Shown here one piece after another: positions 15,662-25,216 of a stretch of DNA of 60,287 bases. Source of the stretch: a bacterium UBP6_UBA1209. Lineage in GTDB: Bacteria; UBP6; UBA1177. The notes beneath the pieces were generated by a model. The model did not search any database. It saw nothing but the letters and a program-made list of their open reading frames with translations, and was not told the origin of the DNA. Within the stretch, counting starts at the first letter, position 1; each line of letters starts with the position of its first letter. The translations under genes were made by a program, and so were the position numbers. Where the stretch lies: positions 1-60,287 of the forward strand of contig DBXP01000044.1 of NCBI GenBank assembly GCA_002309575.1. Reading direction: 5' to 3'.

Positions 15662-16576
15662 TTAAAGTGCCGAACTTTGGTGTATGTTATTTTTTTCGAG
15701 ATAGTTTTCCAATTTAGCGAGCGCCTCCTGCGTATTCAACTGCCAGACCGGTGCGACAAGGTATTCGGCGGGAGTTGTTGTGAAAAGCCTGAAAAAGACG
15801 ATCTCTTGGGGCGTCAACGATATGATTTTACTGATGATTTCGATATATTCGTCAACGCTTAGGAGTTTGAAGGGGGCCTCCGCATAGATTTTTTCGAGCT
15901 CTGTACCTCTATGGATCTGAAGGTGGTGGATCTTTATGCCGCGGACGACTTCGCTTTGTGTGCTCTCGCGAACGGTCTTCAGCATGTCGTCGATAGTCTC
16001 TCCCGGGATCCCCAGAATTATGTGGGGGGCGATCTTTATCTTTGATCTTCCGTACTTTTCGACATTTTCAACGGCTCTGAAATAGCTGGCGGCATCGTGC
16101 CCTCTATTCATTAATTTCAACGACTTGTCGTTTGTGGACTGGAGCCCGAGCTCGATCCAGATCTCATCGATGCTTTCAGGGACGGAGCGAAGGATCATCC
16201 CGATCTCCTTCTGAGTCAGATAATCGGGGCGCGTTGAAAAAATTTCAGCCACGACGCCAGGGATCTCTCCTGCCTGACGGAAAAATCCGCCGAGAGCCGC
16301 TTCATCGCCGAAGGTCGCCGTTCCGCTTTGAAAGTAGGCTGCAAAAAACTCGTTTTTGTAGCGTTTTTTCAGGAAATCCATGCTCTTGGCAAGCGTCTCC
16401 CGCCAGCCCTGTCTTGACATGTCCGCCGTGATATCCGGCGAAAACGAATCCCGGCGGCAGAAGACGCACCTGTTCCACGGACAGTTGAAGCCTGTGTGAA
16501 GCGCGATCCTGGCGACTCTTGCACCGAATTTCTGCTTCATATAGCTGTTGAAGGTGAATATTTTGTCGTCAAGCAT
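15662..16576 (-). CDS. Radical SAM protein, TIGR01212/YhcC-like
   Basis: F.CP...C.FC cluster motif, AYFQ, STRPD, WIELGLQS...L..MNRGH, HIILGIPGE and GIKIHHL.I..GT. Confidence 0.85.
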   Translation of the reverse strand: MLDDKIFTFNSYMKQKFGARVARIALHTGFNCPWNRCVFCRRDSFSPDITADMSRQGWRETLAKSMDFLKKRYKNEFFAAYFQSGTATFGDEAALGGFFRQAGEIPGVVAEIFSTRPDYLTQKEIGMILRSVPESIDEIWIELGLQSTNDKSLKLMNRGHDAASYFRAVENVEKYGRSKIKIAPHIILGIPGETIDDMLKTVRESTQSEVVRGIKIHHLQIHRGTELEKIYAEAPFKLLSVDEYIEIISKIISLTPQEIVFFRLFTTTPAEYLVAPVWQLNTQEALAKLENYLEKNNIHQSSAL

Positions 16577-16625
16577 GATTTGTTGAGGATTTATTGGGGA
16601 TCAAAAGGGAGAGGGGAAGATCTGT

Positions 16626-18212
16626 TTAGCCGCAGGAGCCCTGTGGTTGCGGTTGTTTGCCGTCAGCCGGCGGAACGATCTTGTTTGCTTCCGAGCAGCC
16701 CTTGAGGTTCGGGTTGTGGTCGCAGATCATCTTCTGGATAGCCGGAGCTGCAATGCCGCCGCCCTGGAACTTGTTGTTGATGAACCAGGTCGGGCTGCCG
16801 CCGATATTGAGAGCGTTTCCGAGCTTGATGTTTTCGCTGTGAAGTTTGATACCTTCGTCGCCGGTCGAACACTTTTCGATGACGTCAGCTTTGATCTTGC
16901 CCTTTGCGCACTGTTTCCACTCGTTGCTTCTGATGTTTTCGTTGCGGCACCAGATATAGTCCATGTAATCCTTCGGATAGTGTTTGATAGCGCAGAGCTC
17001 TCTGATGTTTTCGTCAACTTCGCCCTGGCCGTGAAGCGACTGGAATTTGCCTTCGCCTGTTTCGTTTGCGATGTAGTTTACGTGGAAATCGAGCTTGTCG
17101 CCTTTGAACGCCTGGAAGATCTCTTTCATTGCGTTGAGTGCCAGAACGCCGTAAGGACACTGGCTCATAACGAAGAGGTCGACTCTTCCGGGGATCTCTT
17201 TTCTGCAGACTACAGCCTCTTTGCAGTCACTGTCGTCGCAGTCGATCTTGCCGTTGCCTGTATCGTCGATCTTGTTGTCGCAGATCTCTTTGGTCGGGTC
17301 GAATTTTCCGCCGACTCTGAGGAAGAGTTTGCCTGCGCCCTCTTCGATCCAGCGTGAAACCTTCTCGTAACCCTCGTCTGTCTTTGCAACAGGATCAAGA
17401 GCGATGAGCGGGAGAAGTTTGTGGCCGGCAGCAGCGTACTTGTCATACTCCTCTTTGCCCTTCGGGTCGGAGTAATCAAGGATCTCCTCTTCAAGACCCG
17501 GGAAGAATGACTTCAGCTGGGGAACAAGACCCTCGACACGGCAGGTCGGGCAGCGTTTGTCGGTAAGAAGGATCGCGTGGACCTTCTTGGGCTCGGGGAT
17601 CTCTGAGCAGACCTGCGGTTTTGCGGTCTTGTACTCGGCGCAGAGCGCTCTCAGGAAATCATTCGTTCCTCTGCCTCCTCTGTAGGGCTGGTCGTTGAGG
17701 AAGATCGTCGGAGAACCGCTTGCGTTTTTGCTCTTCGAGAACTTGTAGCTCTCTTCGACAAGAGTTTTGCCCTCTTCACCCTCTGCGCAGCCTTTGATCT
17801 TTGCCGCGTCGACCTTGAGCTCTGCAGCGCAGGCATCGAAGGTCTCGGGAATCTTTCTGTACTCTTTGTTCATGCAGAACATGAGGTCAAGAGCCTGTTT
17901 GGGAGCATATTTCTTCATGCAGACAGCGATCTTGTCGCCCTTGAGCTCTGTTTCGCCGTGCATCGGCATCCAGGAACCGTCTCTTTCGTTTCCGATAAAG
18001 TTGATTTCAAGGTCAAGCGCATTGCCGAGTTTGTCCTTTACCGGTTTGACTGCGTTTGCGACCTGAACGCCGTAGGGGCATTTGCTCATGATGTGAAGTG
18101 AAAGTTTGACCTTTTCCTTTGCTTCGGGCTCGGATGCCGTCTTTCCGCATCCGGCGAATGCAAGCAGGGCTACAGCAACAGCTGCAAATAAAACAACGAG
18201 TGATTTTTTCAT
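16626..18212 (-). CDS. Lipoprotein with two GILT/thioredoxin-fold domains, a CPTC motif and a Cys/Asp metal-binding repeat
   Basis: Lipobox FAG-C. IMSKCPYG...HG..E and VMSQCPYG...SLHGQGEVDEN, each followed by a GSPT cis-Pro loop. EICDNKIDDTGNGKIDCDDSDC. Confidence 0.75.
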   Translation of the reverse strand: MKKSLVVLFAAVAVALLAFAGCGKTASEPEAKEKVKLSLHIMSKCPYGVQVANAVKPVKDKLGNALDLEINFIGNERDGSWMPMHGETELKGDKIAVCMKKYAPKQALDLMFCMNKEYRKIPETFDACAAELKVDAAKIKGCAEGEEGKTLVEESYKFSKSKNASGSPTIFLNDQPYRGGRGTNDFLRALCAEYKTAKPQVCSEIPEPKKVHAILLTDKRCPTCRVEGLVPQLKSFFPGLEEEILDYSDPKGKEEYDKYAAAGHKLLPLIALDPVAKTDEGYEKVSRWIEEGAGKLFLRVGGKFDPTKEICDNKIDDTGNGKIDCDDSDCKEAVVCRKEIPGRVDLFVMSQCPYGVLALNAMKEIFQAFKGDKLDFHVNYIANETGEGKFQSLHGQGEVDENIRELCAIKHYPKDYMDYIWCRNENIRSNEWKQCAKGKIKADVIEKCSTGDEGIKLHSENIKLGNALNIGGSPTWFINNKFQGGGIAAPAIQKMICDHNPNLKGCSEANKIVPPADGKQPQPQGSCG

Positions 18213-18253
18213 TAATAACCCTCCAAAAATCGTGTTAATAAAAAAAACGCAAT

Positions 18254-18281
18254 ATTTTACATTTAATGGTAAAAAAAGCAA
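18254..18281 (-). promoter_or_regulatory. Putative promoter
   Basis: TTGCTT-N16-TAAAAT upstream of the GILT-like gene. Confidence 0.4.
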
Positions 18282-18415
18282 TTTTGCATCAATTCCGATA
18301 TACCGATTTTCTCCCGGCAGCTCTCCGTTTGGCGTTTAAACATCAAAAAACGGGATAAAAACAACCGGACGGAGGAAAAAATTCCGGTAAGAACGGCGCT
18401 TTTCCGCCGAAACTG

Positions 18416-18443
18416 TTGCATTTGCGGAGAAGTTGTTTAAATT
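18416..18443 (+). promoter_or_regulatory. Putative promoter
   Basis: TTGCAT-N16-TAAATT upstream of the thioredoxin-like gene. Confidence 0.35.
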
Positions 18444-18487
18444 CGTTGCAGCTTTTTTGTTTAATTTGTTTTTGACAGGAGAAATCT

Positions 18488-18877
18488 ATGGGTTTTCTGA
18501 GTTTTTTGCTGCCCAAGGAGAAGGTTTACCCGGTTGAGCTGAATGTCGATAATTTTTATCCGTCGATAAAGAACTCTCCGGTTCCGGTAATTGTTGATTT
18601 TTACGTCGAAAAGTCCATGCCGTGCGCACAGCTTTATCAGACTTTGACAAAATTTGCGACCGATTTCAAAGGACGTGTCAGAGTCGGAGCGTTCAACGCG
18701 ATGCAGGATACGGAGGGCAAGATCCTTGCTCCGCTGAAGATAAAGGCCGTTCCGACGCTTGTCTATTTTTACAAAGGCGAGCCGGTCGAGCTTTCGGAGG
18801 GGGTCGCGGGCTATCTCGTGATTCAGGAAGTTATTGAAAAAATTGAGTCAAAGGGCGCGGCTCCGACAAAAAAATAG
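18488..18877 (+). CDS. Thioredoxin-fold protein with atypical SMPC active site
   Basis: PVIVDFY...SMPC, I.AVPTLVYF.KGE; RBS AGGAG. Confidence 0.8.
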   Translation: MGFLSFLLPKEKVYPVELNVDNFYPSIKNSPVPVIVDFYVEKSMPCAQLYQTLTKFATDFKGRVRVGAFNAMQDTEGKILAPLKIKAVPTLVYFYKGEPVELSEGVAGYLVIQEVIEKIESKGAAPTKK

Positions 18878-18936
18878 AATTTAATGCATTATTGACCATA
18901 ATTCTTTGTTCTGTGGTTTGATACAGGGAGGATTTT

Positions 18937-19617
18937 ATGAAATTCAAAATTTGGTTTTCGCTTGTTTTGGCGGTTGTTTCGCTTTTTCTGGTCTCCTGCA
19001 TCCAGGATGCCGAGGATCAGTACGACATTATCGACTACCAGACCGACGAAGAGTCCTATTATAAGGAATATCAGGACGAAGACGTTGTTTCAGACGATCC
19101 GATGAGCGAGCAGTCGTGGGATGTAACGTTCCAGTTCTTAGGCACGATAAACGACGGCAACACTGCACCGGCAGATATGAATTTTGGACAGGGACTTCTG
19201 ATCTACCGCGATCTCGAGGGCAACAGGATCTCTGTAAACTATGCGTCGTGGGTCATCAAAAAGTCGATAACGCTCAACTCCGGTGTCGAGATCCCGATCC
19301 TTCAGGTCTTCTTCACGGACGATCCCGGATCTGTCGACGATGACGGCCGCGTCCTCTACTGGGTCCTTCAGCTCGAGGGCTCTTCTCTTGCGAAATCAGA
19401 GACATATTTCCTGAACAACGACAAGCTTTACAAAACCAAGGTCAAGCTTGCAGAGGACAATTCGATAGCCGAAATATGCTATCTTCAGGAGCCGGAGTCT
19501 TCGCAGGGGAAGGTCACGCTCTACACGAGCAACATCCGTATCGGCGAGGAGCTCAGACTCGACGGTTACGCGAATATGAACACCTTGGAGACCCCTGAAT
19601 GCAAAAAAATGAACTAG
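18937..19617 (+). CDS. Hypothetical lipoprotein
   Basis: RBS GGAGG, hydrophobic signal with LVS-C lipobox and an acidic N-terminal linker. Confidence 0.75.
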   Translation: MKFKIWFSLVLAVVSLFLVSCIQDAEDQYDIIDYQTDEESYYKEYQDEDVVSDDPMSEQSWDVTFQFLGTINDGNTAPADMNFGQGLLIYRDLEGNRISVNYASWVIKKSITLNSGVEIPILQVFFTDDPGSVDDDGRVLYWVLQLEGSSLAKSETYFLNNDKLYKTKVKLAEDNSIAEICYLQEPESSQGKVTLYTSNIRIGEELRLDGYANMNTLETPECKKMN

Positions 19618-20711
19618 CCCGGACGTCAAAGCGTTCCGGCCAGAAAGTCGAACTGACCCGCGAGTTTTTCGAAAAACTTCCGAAGTATGACCTTCACGTC
19701 CATCTTGACGGCTCGCTCAGGCTTGAAACGGTCTGGGACATAGCAAAACGCGACAAGATCGATCTCGGGGTGAATTCGATCGAGGAGCTCCGTGAGGCAA
19801 TATCCCCGGGGAAGATCCACAAGTCGCTGAACGACTATCTCAAGGGGTTCGAGCTTACGCTGAAGGTCCTCCAGACCGAGGAGAACCTCTACCGTGCCGC
19901 CTACGAGCTGGCTGAAGACTGCGCCAAAGAGAATATCCTGTACTTCGAGGTCCGTTATTCGCCGATACTCCACGTCCAGAAGGGCGTTTCGCTGCCGGCG
20001 ATTCTTGAGGCTGTCATCGAGGGGCTTAAGGCGGGGCAGCGCGATTTCGGCGTGAAGAGCGGCGTGATAGTCTGCGGGATCAGAAACATCTCTCCGGACA
20101 TCAGCCTGCGGATGGCGGAGCTTGCGGTCGCCTTCAAAAATCGCGGAGTTGTCGGCTTCGACCTTGCCGGCGCGGAATACAATTATCCGGCTCGCGACCA
20201 CCTGGAGGCCTTTTCGCTGATCCTTTCGAACAACGTCAACGTCACGATCCATGCGGGCGAGGCTTACGGGCCGGACAGCATACACCAGGCGCTGCACTAC
20301 TGCGGAGCGCACAGGATCGGCCACGGCGTGAGGCTCCGCGAGGACGGGGATCTGCTGAATTATGTAAACGACCACCGGATCCCGCTCGAGATGTGTCTTC
20401 AGAGCAACATCCAGACCGGCGCGGTCAAAAATATCGCCGAGCACCCCTTCAAGTTTTATCTCGATCTTGGCTTAAGAGTCACGCTCAATACGGACAACAG
20501 GCTGATCACCAACACGTCGATGACTGACGAGATGTGGCTCGCCTACAAGACATTCTCGCTTTCGCCTCAGGATATCCTTGACCTTACGATGAACAGTGCA
20601 AAGGCTTCGTTTATCCCCTTCGAGGAGAAAAAGTATCAGGTCAGGGATCTGAAACGCAAGGTCATCGGTCTTTTCAAAAGCGACACTGGTGTCGATCTTA
20701 AACTTTTCTGA
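19599..20711 (+). CDS. add: Adenosine deaminase
   Basis: LPK.DLHVHLDGS, YFEVRYSP, VVGFDLAGAE, TIHAGE, RIGHG, LEMC..SN and TLNTDN. Exact start uncertain. Confidence 0.92.
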   Translation: MQKNELARTSKRSGQKVELTREFFEKLPKYDLHVHLDGSLRLETVWDIAKRDKIDLGVNSIEELREAISPGKIHKSLNDYLKGFELTLKVLQTEENLYRAAYELAEDCAKENILYFEVRYSPILHVQKGVSLPAILEAVIEGLKAGQRDFGVKSGVIVCGIRNISPDISLRMAELAVAFKNRGVVGFDLAGAEYNYPARDHLEAFSLILSNNVNVTIHAGEAYGPDSIHQALHYCGAHRIGHGVRLREDGDLLNYVNDHRIPLEMCLQSNIQTGAVKNIAEHPFKFYLDLGLRVTLNTDNRLITNTSMTDEMWLAYKTFSLSPQDILDLTMNSAKASFIPFEEKKYQVRDLKRKVIGLFKSDTGVDLKLF

Positions 20712-21268
20712 TGGAAAAAAGCGAGGAAAAACGGCTGCTTAAACGGGCTGTCGCAGGGGATGCCGAAGCTTTCGGCGAGCTTGTGAAGTCGTCTGAGACA
20801 AAGCTTTTTTCCTTTGCGCTTTCGATCTGCGGAGGAGTGCGCCAGATCGCCGAGGATGTCTATCAGGATGCATTGACGAAGGCGTTCATCGGCATCAGGA
20901 GGTTCAAGGCGGAATCGTCGTTTTCGACCTGGCTCTGGACGATCATAAAAAACTGTTACGTCGATTTTTTGTCGGCTCAGGGACGCGATCTCCTGCTGGA
21001 TGATTTCAACGGATACGACCCGGTGACGACGGAACACGGCGAGTCGGCTCTTATCCGCAAGGAGCGTGCCGAAAATCTTCGCGAGCTTATTTCAAAGCTG
21101 CCGCTTACATACTGCGAGGTCGTTACTCTGGTCGATATCAACGAGATGGATCACACAAGTGCGGCGGAGCTTATCGGAATAGACAAAAATCTGCTGAAGG
21201 TGCGTCTCCATCGCGCCCACACTGCGTTGAAGAGACTTATAGAAAATAGTGGCAAAGCTTTTAAATAG
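20711..21268 (+). CDS. ECF-subfamily RNA polymerase sigma factor
   Basis: GDAEAFGEL, AEDVYQDA..KA, SSFSTWLWTI..N and region 4 VRLHRA. Start overlaps the add stop (TGATG). Confidence 0.9.
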   Translation: MEKSEEKRLLKRAVAGDAEAFGELVKSSETKLFSFALSICGGVRQIAEDVYQDALTKAFIGIRRFKAESSFSTWLWTIIKNCYVDFLSAQGRDLLLDDFNGYDPVTTEHGESALIRKERAENLRELISKLPLTYCEVVTLVDINEMDHTSAAELIGIDKNLLKVRLHRAHTALKRLIENSGKAFK

Positions 21269-21278
21269 TTGAAATCAG

Positions 21279-24221
21279 TTAGAAATTGATCCAGTTTTTG
21301 TATTCCACGAAAGGCGCTATCCACTCCTGATCTTCAAGTTTGTTCTCCTCAAAGAAGTTCAGGAAGAGCTTCAAAATCGAGAAATCCATGCCGTTCAGCG
21401 CGTTGTAGAAGCCGTCTTTCATGATCTCTTTCCAATCCTCGTTTCTCGTGAAGCGGATCTTGCCGAGAAGGAAGAGGATCTTTGACTTGAAGTAGGTGGC
21501 TTTGAACCTGTCGGCTGCAACCAGAACCTCTTCAAGAACCTGAACTGCCTGGTCAAGATTGTTCAGCATAATACATAACTCAGCCATTTTGCAGGCGATC
21601 CTGATGTAAAGCATATAGATGAACTCGGCCGGTTTGAAGTTCCGCGTTTCGGATTTGATAATTATGTCGTGGAGGAGCTTGTATGCCCGGACGATAAAGC
21701 TGCTTGCGTCAAGGAACCGTTTTTTGCCGATCAGGATGTCCGTGACCTTGTCTATGAGCCTGAGCTCGTCCTCGTAGCAGCCTGCGGCGTGAAGCTCCTT
21801 CACGATTTTTGCAAGTTCGGTTATTGACTCCTGCATGAGCAGAAGTTCGGATCTGGAAAGCATCTCAAGCTGGTAGTAGGAACGCGTTTTTGCATAATTG
21901 TTGAGCCTCTGCCAGAAGACCTGCGCCCATGAAGGTTCGACGATCTGCCAAAGCCTTGCGTTCTTTATCTCGGGCAGGATGCGGAATTCGTCGACCAGAT
22001 CGTCGTTCGAGAATGACGACATGATCGTCTGGTAACTTCTCTGCGCGATGTCGAAAAATCCCAGCTTTTCCATGTAGACAGCCGATGAAAAGAGGAAGGG
22101 GTTAAGCTTGCTGTCGACGATTTCGCCGAGATTGATGTAGCTCAAGATCAGCCAGTGCCTGTTGAGTTTATAAATCTCGGACGGCATTCCTGCGAGCTTG
22201 TCTACGATCCGGCGGTAGAATGCGCGTTCCTCATTGCCGATCCTGATGTTGCTTTTAAGGATCGAAAAGATCGTCTGTGAAGTGAAGGAGATCGATTCGA
22301 TCGAACGTATCAGGAAGCCCTTTGAAACAAGAGCGTCGACGCACTCTGGAGAGGTCGAAGTCGCTACCGAAAAGAGCGATTCGGGAACTGAATAGAGGTT
22401 CAGCAGGGTGAACTCGTGCAGGGTCTGTCTCAGTTCGTCGGGGAGCAGATTGACACGCATGTAAATCAGCTGCTCTAGGCTGTCGGGGCAGACAAAGTCG
22501 TCGGGCATCTTCGAAAAACGCCATGAACCCCGCATTTCGAAAATCAGACCCAGATCCTTCAGGTACTCGCAAAGCTGCGCCGCAAAGAGCATGTTGCTGT
22601 CCGCCTTGTCCTGAAGAAGCTTTTCGATGTCGGCCGGGATCCTTGTCGTGTTGAGCGACGAGAAGAGGAACTCGATGAGACCTTCTTTTGAAAAACCGTT
22701 GAAATCATAGATGTTTTCCGGATCGGTATGGCTGAGGATCTTGGATTCGTAGCCTGCCACGCAGACCATAGCCATCGGTGCCGTTTTAAAGAGACCCTGC
22801 TTTAGTTTTGCAATGAAATGAAGGGTCCTTTCGTTCAGTGTATCGGCATTGCTGACGATCCAGAGGACCGGTTTTGTGCGGCAGAGGCAGTAGAGCACGA
22901 AGGAGAGCAGGTATTCGATGTCGTGTTTCGGCATCCTTGTTTTTATCGGCGCGAAGTTAAGGCATATCAGGGCGCTGAGTGTCTCTTTTTTGCTCTCGGG
23001 AAGCGATTCAGCGAAGATTGTATCAAATTTTTTGCGGACAGCTGCAACATCGTTGCTGGAGATGTTCATCAAACTCTTGACGAGGTTTATGAAGATCATG
23101 AAGTCGAAGTCGAAAACATTTGCATCGGCAACGATGACTGCGCAGTCGGAGCTGACCTTCATTGTTTCGGCGTACTCCTTGACGGCGTTTATGAACCTGT
23201 TTATGCCCCGTCCCTGTTTGCTTCTTAGGCAGTAGAGACCGCCGTTGCAGTGGCGGAGGTTCTCTTCGATCGCCTTGAACATCGGTTTGCAGGAGTCCTC
23301 GAACGGCGGTTTCGCGATCTCGTCAAGCATGGAATCGAAGGAGACGTCGTAGGTCGCGTCTACACGGACCGGTGTCAGCGGGACCTGTATCTCTTCCGGG
23401 TCGATTGTGTATTTTTCTGGCTGTTCCGTGTGCGGTTTCAAAAGGCTTGCTTCGGCGAAGGAGCGCGGGATCTTGTTCCCTTCGCTGTCGTACTGGTCGT
23501 ATTCCGAACCCTCCTCGGGACGGATTATTGCCTCGGGAGTTTTGTTCGATTCTCCCGGAGCCGGCGGTATCGTGTTTCTACGGTTCGGGATCACCTGAGG
23601 CGGGATCGTGACTGCCGGACGTCTGGGACCGAGGTCGTTTACGGAGTTGAGAGCGGCAAAAAGGTCGTCGAAGTTGATAGATATGTCGCCCGGATCGGCC
23701 TCCTGCGGTTTTTTTGCGCTATGCGGCTTCCCGGTTACCGGCTCGCTAGTCCATTTCGTGATAAATTCAGAGTTGATTTTCGGCTGAGTCACGTGGGTTT
23801 CACGCGTTGCCGGCTGCTCCGGTTCTGCCTGGACCGGCTTCTCCTCCTCGAGGACAAAGGCTGTTTCGTCCGCCTGGGGCTCCTGCATCGTGAGCGATGA
23901 TTTCCCCTGATTGTCTCCGAAGTCTATCTCGATGAAGGAATCACTTTTTTTGGCGGTGCCGTCGGAATTGAATCTTGAGGGCTTGTCGAAATGGATCTCG
24001 ATCTGCTCTTCGGTCTCTTCGGTTTCGATCGGGATCTCCTCTTCGATCTCGGCCGGTTTTGTCTGAAGGACCGTCAGTTTTTTTCCGCAGGTCATGCAGA
24101 ATTTTGCGGTGTTGTCGAAAGCCAGCTTGCACTCAGGGCAGTAGCTTACGAGCTGTTTGCCGCATCCGCATTTGCCTGCATTCAGTTTTGTCAAAGGTTT
24201 TTTGCAGTAGAAACACTTCAT
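21279..24221 (-). CDS. Double zinc-ribbon protein with degenerate STAND/AAA-like NTPase and helical/TPR-like C-terminus
   Basis: CFYC..CGC..CPEC..FCMTCG N-terminus and an acidic Pro-rich linker. Degenerate P-loop KQGRGINRF, PVLWIVSNAD and PDSLEQLIYMRVNLLP. Confidence 0.65.
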   Translation of the reverse strand: MKCFYCKKPLTKLNAGKCGCGKQLVSYCPECKLAFDNTAKFCMTCGKKLTVLQTKPAEIEEEIPIETEETEEQIEIHFDKPSRFNSDGTAKKSDSFIEIDFGDNQGKSSLTMQEPQADETAFVLEEEKPVQAEPEQPATRETHVTQPKINSEFITKWTSEPVTGKPHSAKKPQEADPGDISINFDDLFAALNSVNDLGPRRPAVTIPPQVIPNRRNTIPPAPGESNKTPEAIIRPEEGSEYDQYDSEGNKIPRSFAEASLLKPHTEQPEKYTIDPEEIQVPLTPVRVDATYDVSFDSMLDEIAKPPFEDSCKPMFKAIEENLRHCNGGLYCLRSKQGRGINRFINAVKEYAETMKVSSDCAVIVADANVFDFDFMIFINLVKSLMNISSNDVAAVRKKFDTIFAESLPESKKETLSALICLNFAPIKTRMPKHDIEYLLSFVLYCLCRTKPVLWIVSNADTLNERTLHFIAKLKQGLFKTAPMAMVCVAGYESKILSHTDPENIYDFNGFSKEGLIEFLFSSLNTTRIPADIEKLLQDKADSNMLFAAQLCEYLKDLGLIFEMRGSWRFSKMPDDFVCPDSLEQLIYMRVNLLPDELRQTLHEFTLLNLYSVPESLFSVATSTSPECVDALVSKGFLIRSIESISFTSQTIFSILKSNIRIGNEERAFYRRIVDKLAGMPSEIYKLNRHWLILSYINLGEIVDSKLNPFLFSSAVYMEKLGFFDIAQRSYQTIMSSFSNDDLVDEFRILPEIKNARLWQIVEPSWAQVFWQRLNNYAKTRSYYQLEMLSRSELLLMQESITELAKIVKELHAAGCYEDELRLIDKVTDILIGKKRFLDASSFIVRAYKLLHDIIIKSETRNFKPAEFIYMLYIRIACKMAELCIMLNNLDQAVQVLEEVLVAADRFKATYFKSKILFLLGKIRFTRNEDWKEIMKDGFYNALNGMDFSILKLFLNFFEENKLEDQEWIAPFVEYKNWINF

Positions 24222-24244
24222 TCGTCGTACCTGATTCGCAATTT

Positions 24245-25216
24245 TTATTGTTGCCAGTCGATCAAAAAACGTTCATCGCCACTTAAACTATATATCTTGA
24301 CCGCAAACTTTTCCATAATTTTTTTTACAGCCGCTTCGTCATAAATCGCAACCGCTGCAGCTGTCGCCGCAAGGTCGGTGATCGTGGCGTTCCTGCCGGT
24401 TACGGTGACCGAGTGGACGTTTTTTACCGGCTTCCCGGTCTTAGGGTTCATTATGTGCGAATAATTCTTGCCGTCGATCGTGAAAAAACGCTCGTAATCT
24501 CCGCTTGTTGCAATTCCTATGCACTCGTTTTCCGAGCCGAATTCGATCTTTTTCAGCATCTGCTGCGGATTTTCCGGATTCTTTATTCCGATAGTCCAGT
24601 TCTTGCCGTTTTTTTTGCCGCAGACGAGCATGTCGCCGCCGTAATTTACGATAAAATCGGATATTTTGTGCTTTTTCAGAATAGCTCCGGCCCTGTCGAT
24701 AGCGTAACCCTTGGCAACGCCGCCGAGATCGATCTTTACGCCGTCATACTTGAATTTTACAAGGTTTTTTTCACAGTCTGCCTCAACTTTGTCGCTGCCG
24801 ACGAACTGCTTTTTCCCCTCAAGCTCGGAATCTGTCGGAACGGTCCCCTTGTTATCCTCCCAGAGGGCGCCCTGGCTTTTGTAGGTTATATCGAAATATC
24901 CGCCGCTCTGCTCGCCGAGTTCAAGGCTCTCCCTGATGAGTCTGCAGACATGGGCGGGGACAGCTACCGGCTCCTTTGCCGCGTTTTTGTTGAGTTTCGA
25001 GATCCAGCTGTCGGGTCTGTAGTAGCTGAAATCGTCTTCGACAGCCGCGGTATCTGCCTTGATTTCGTTTTCAACGCCGGTGTCCTCATCTCCCAGATAT
25101 ACGACGTTCAGGACGGTCCCCAACCCGGAGAAGGTGATGCTCCTTACATCGCTTTTCGGCGTGCAGCCAAGTATCAGAAAAATCGTGAAAGGTAGAAGGA
25201 GCCTAGCTTTTAACAT
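24245..25216 (-). CDS. apbE: FAD:protein FMN transferase (ApbE) lipoprotein
   Basis: Lipobox ILG-C, S.YRPDS.ISKLN, G.FDIT, IDLGGVAKGYAID, ATSGDYERF and YSHIMNPKTG.P. Confidence 0.92.
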   Translation of the reverse strand: MLKARLLLPFTIFLILGCTPKSDVRSITFSGLGTVLNVVYLGDEDTGVENEIKADTAAVEDDFSYYRPDSWISKLNKNAAKEPVAVPAHVCRLIRESLELGEQSGGYFDITYKSQGALWEDNKGTVPTDSELEGKKQFVGSDKVEADCEKNLVKFKYDGVKIDLGGVAKGYAIDRAGAILKKHKISDFIVNYGGDMLVCGKKNGKNWTIGIKNPENPQQMLKKIEFGSENECIGIATSGDYERFFTIDGKNYSHIMNPKTGKPVKNVHSVTVTGRNATITDLAATAAAVAIYDEAAVKKIMEKFAVKIYSLSGDERFLIDWQQ

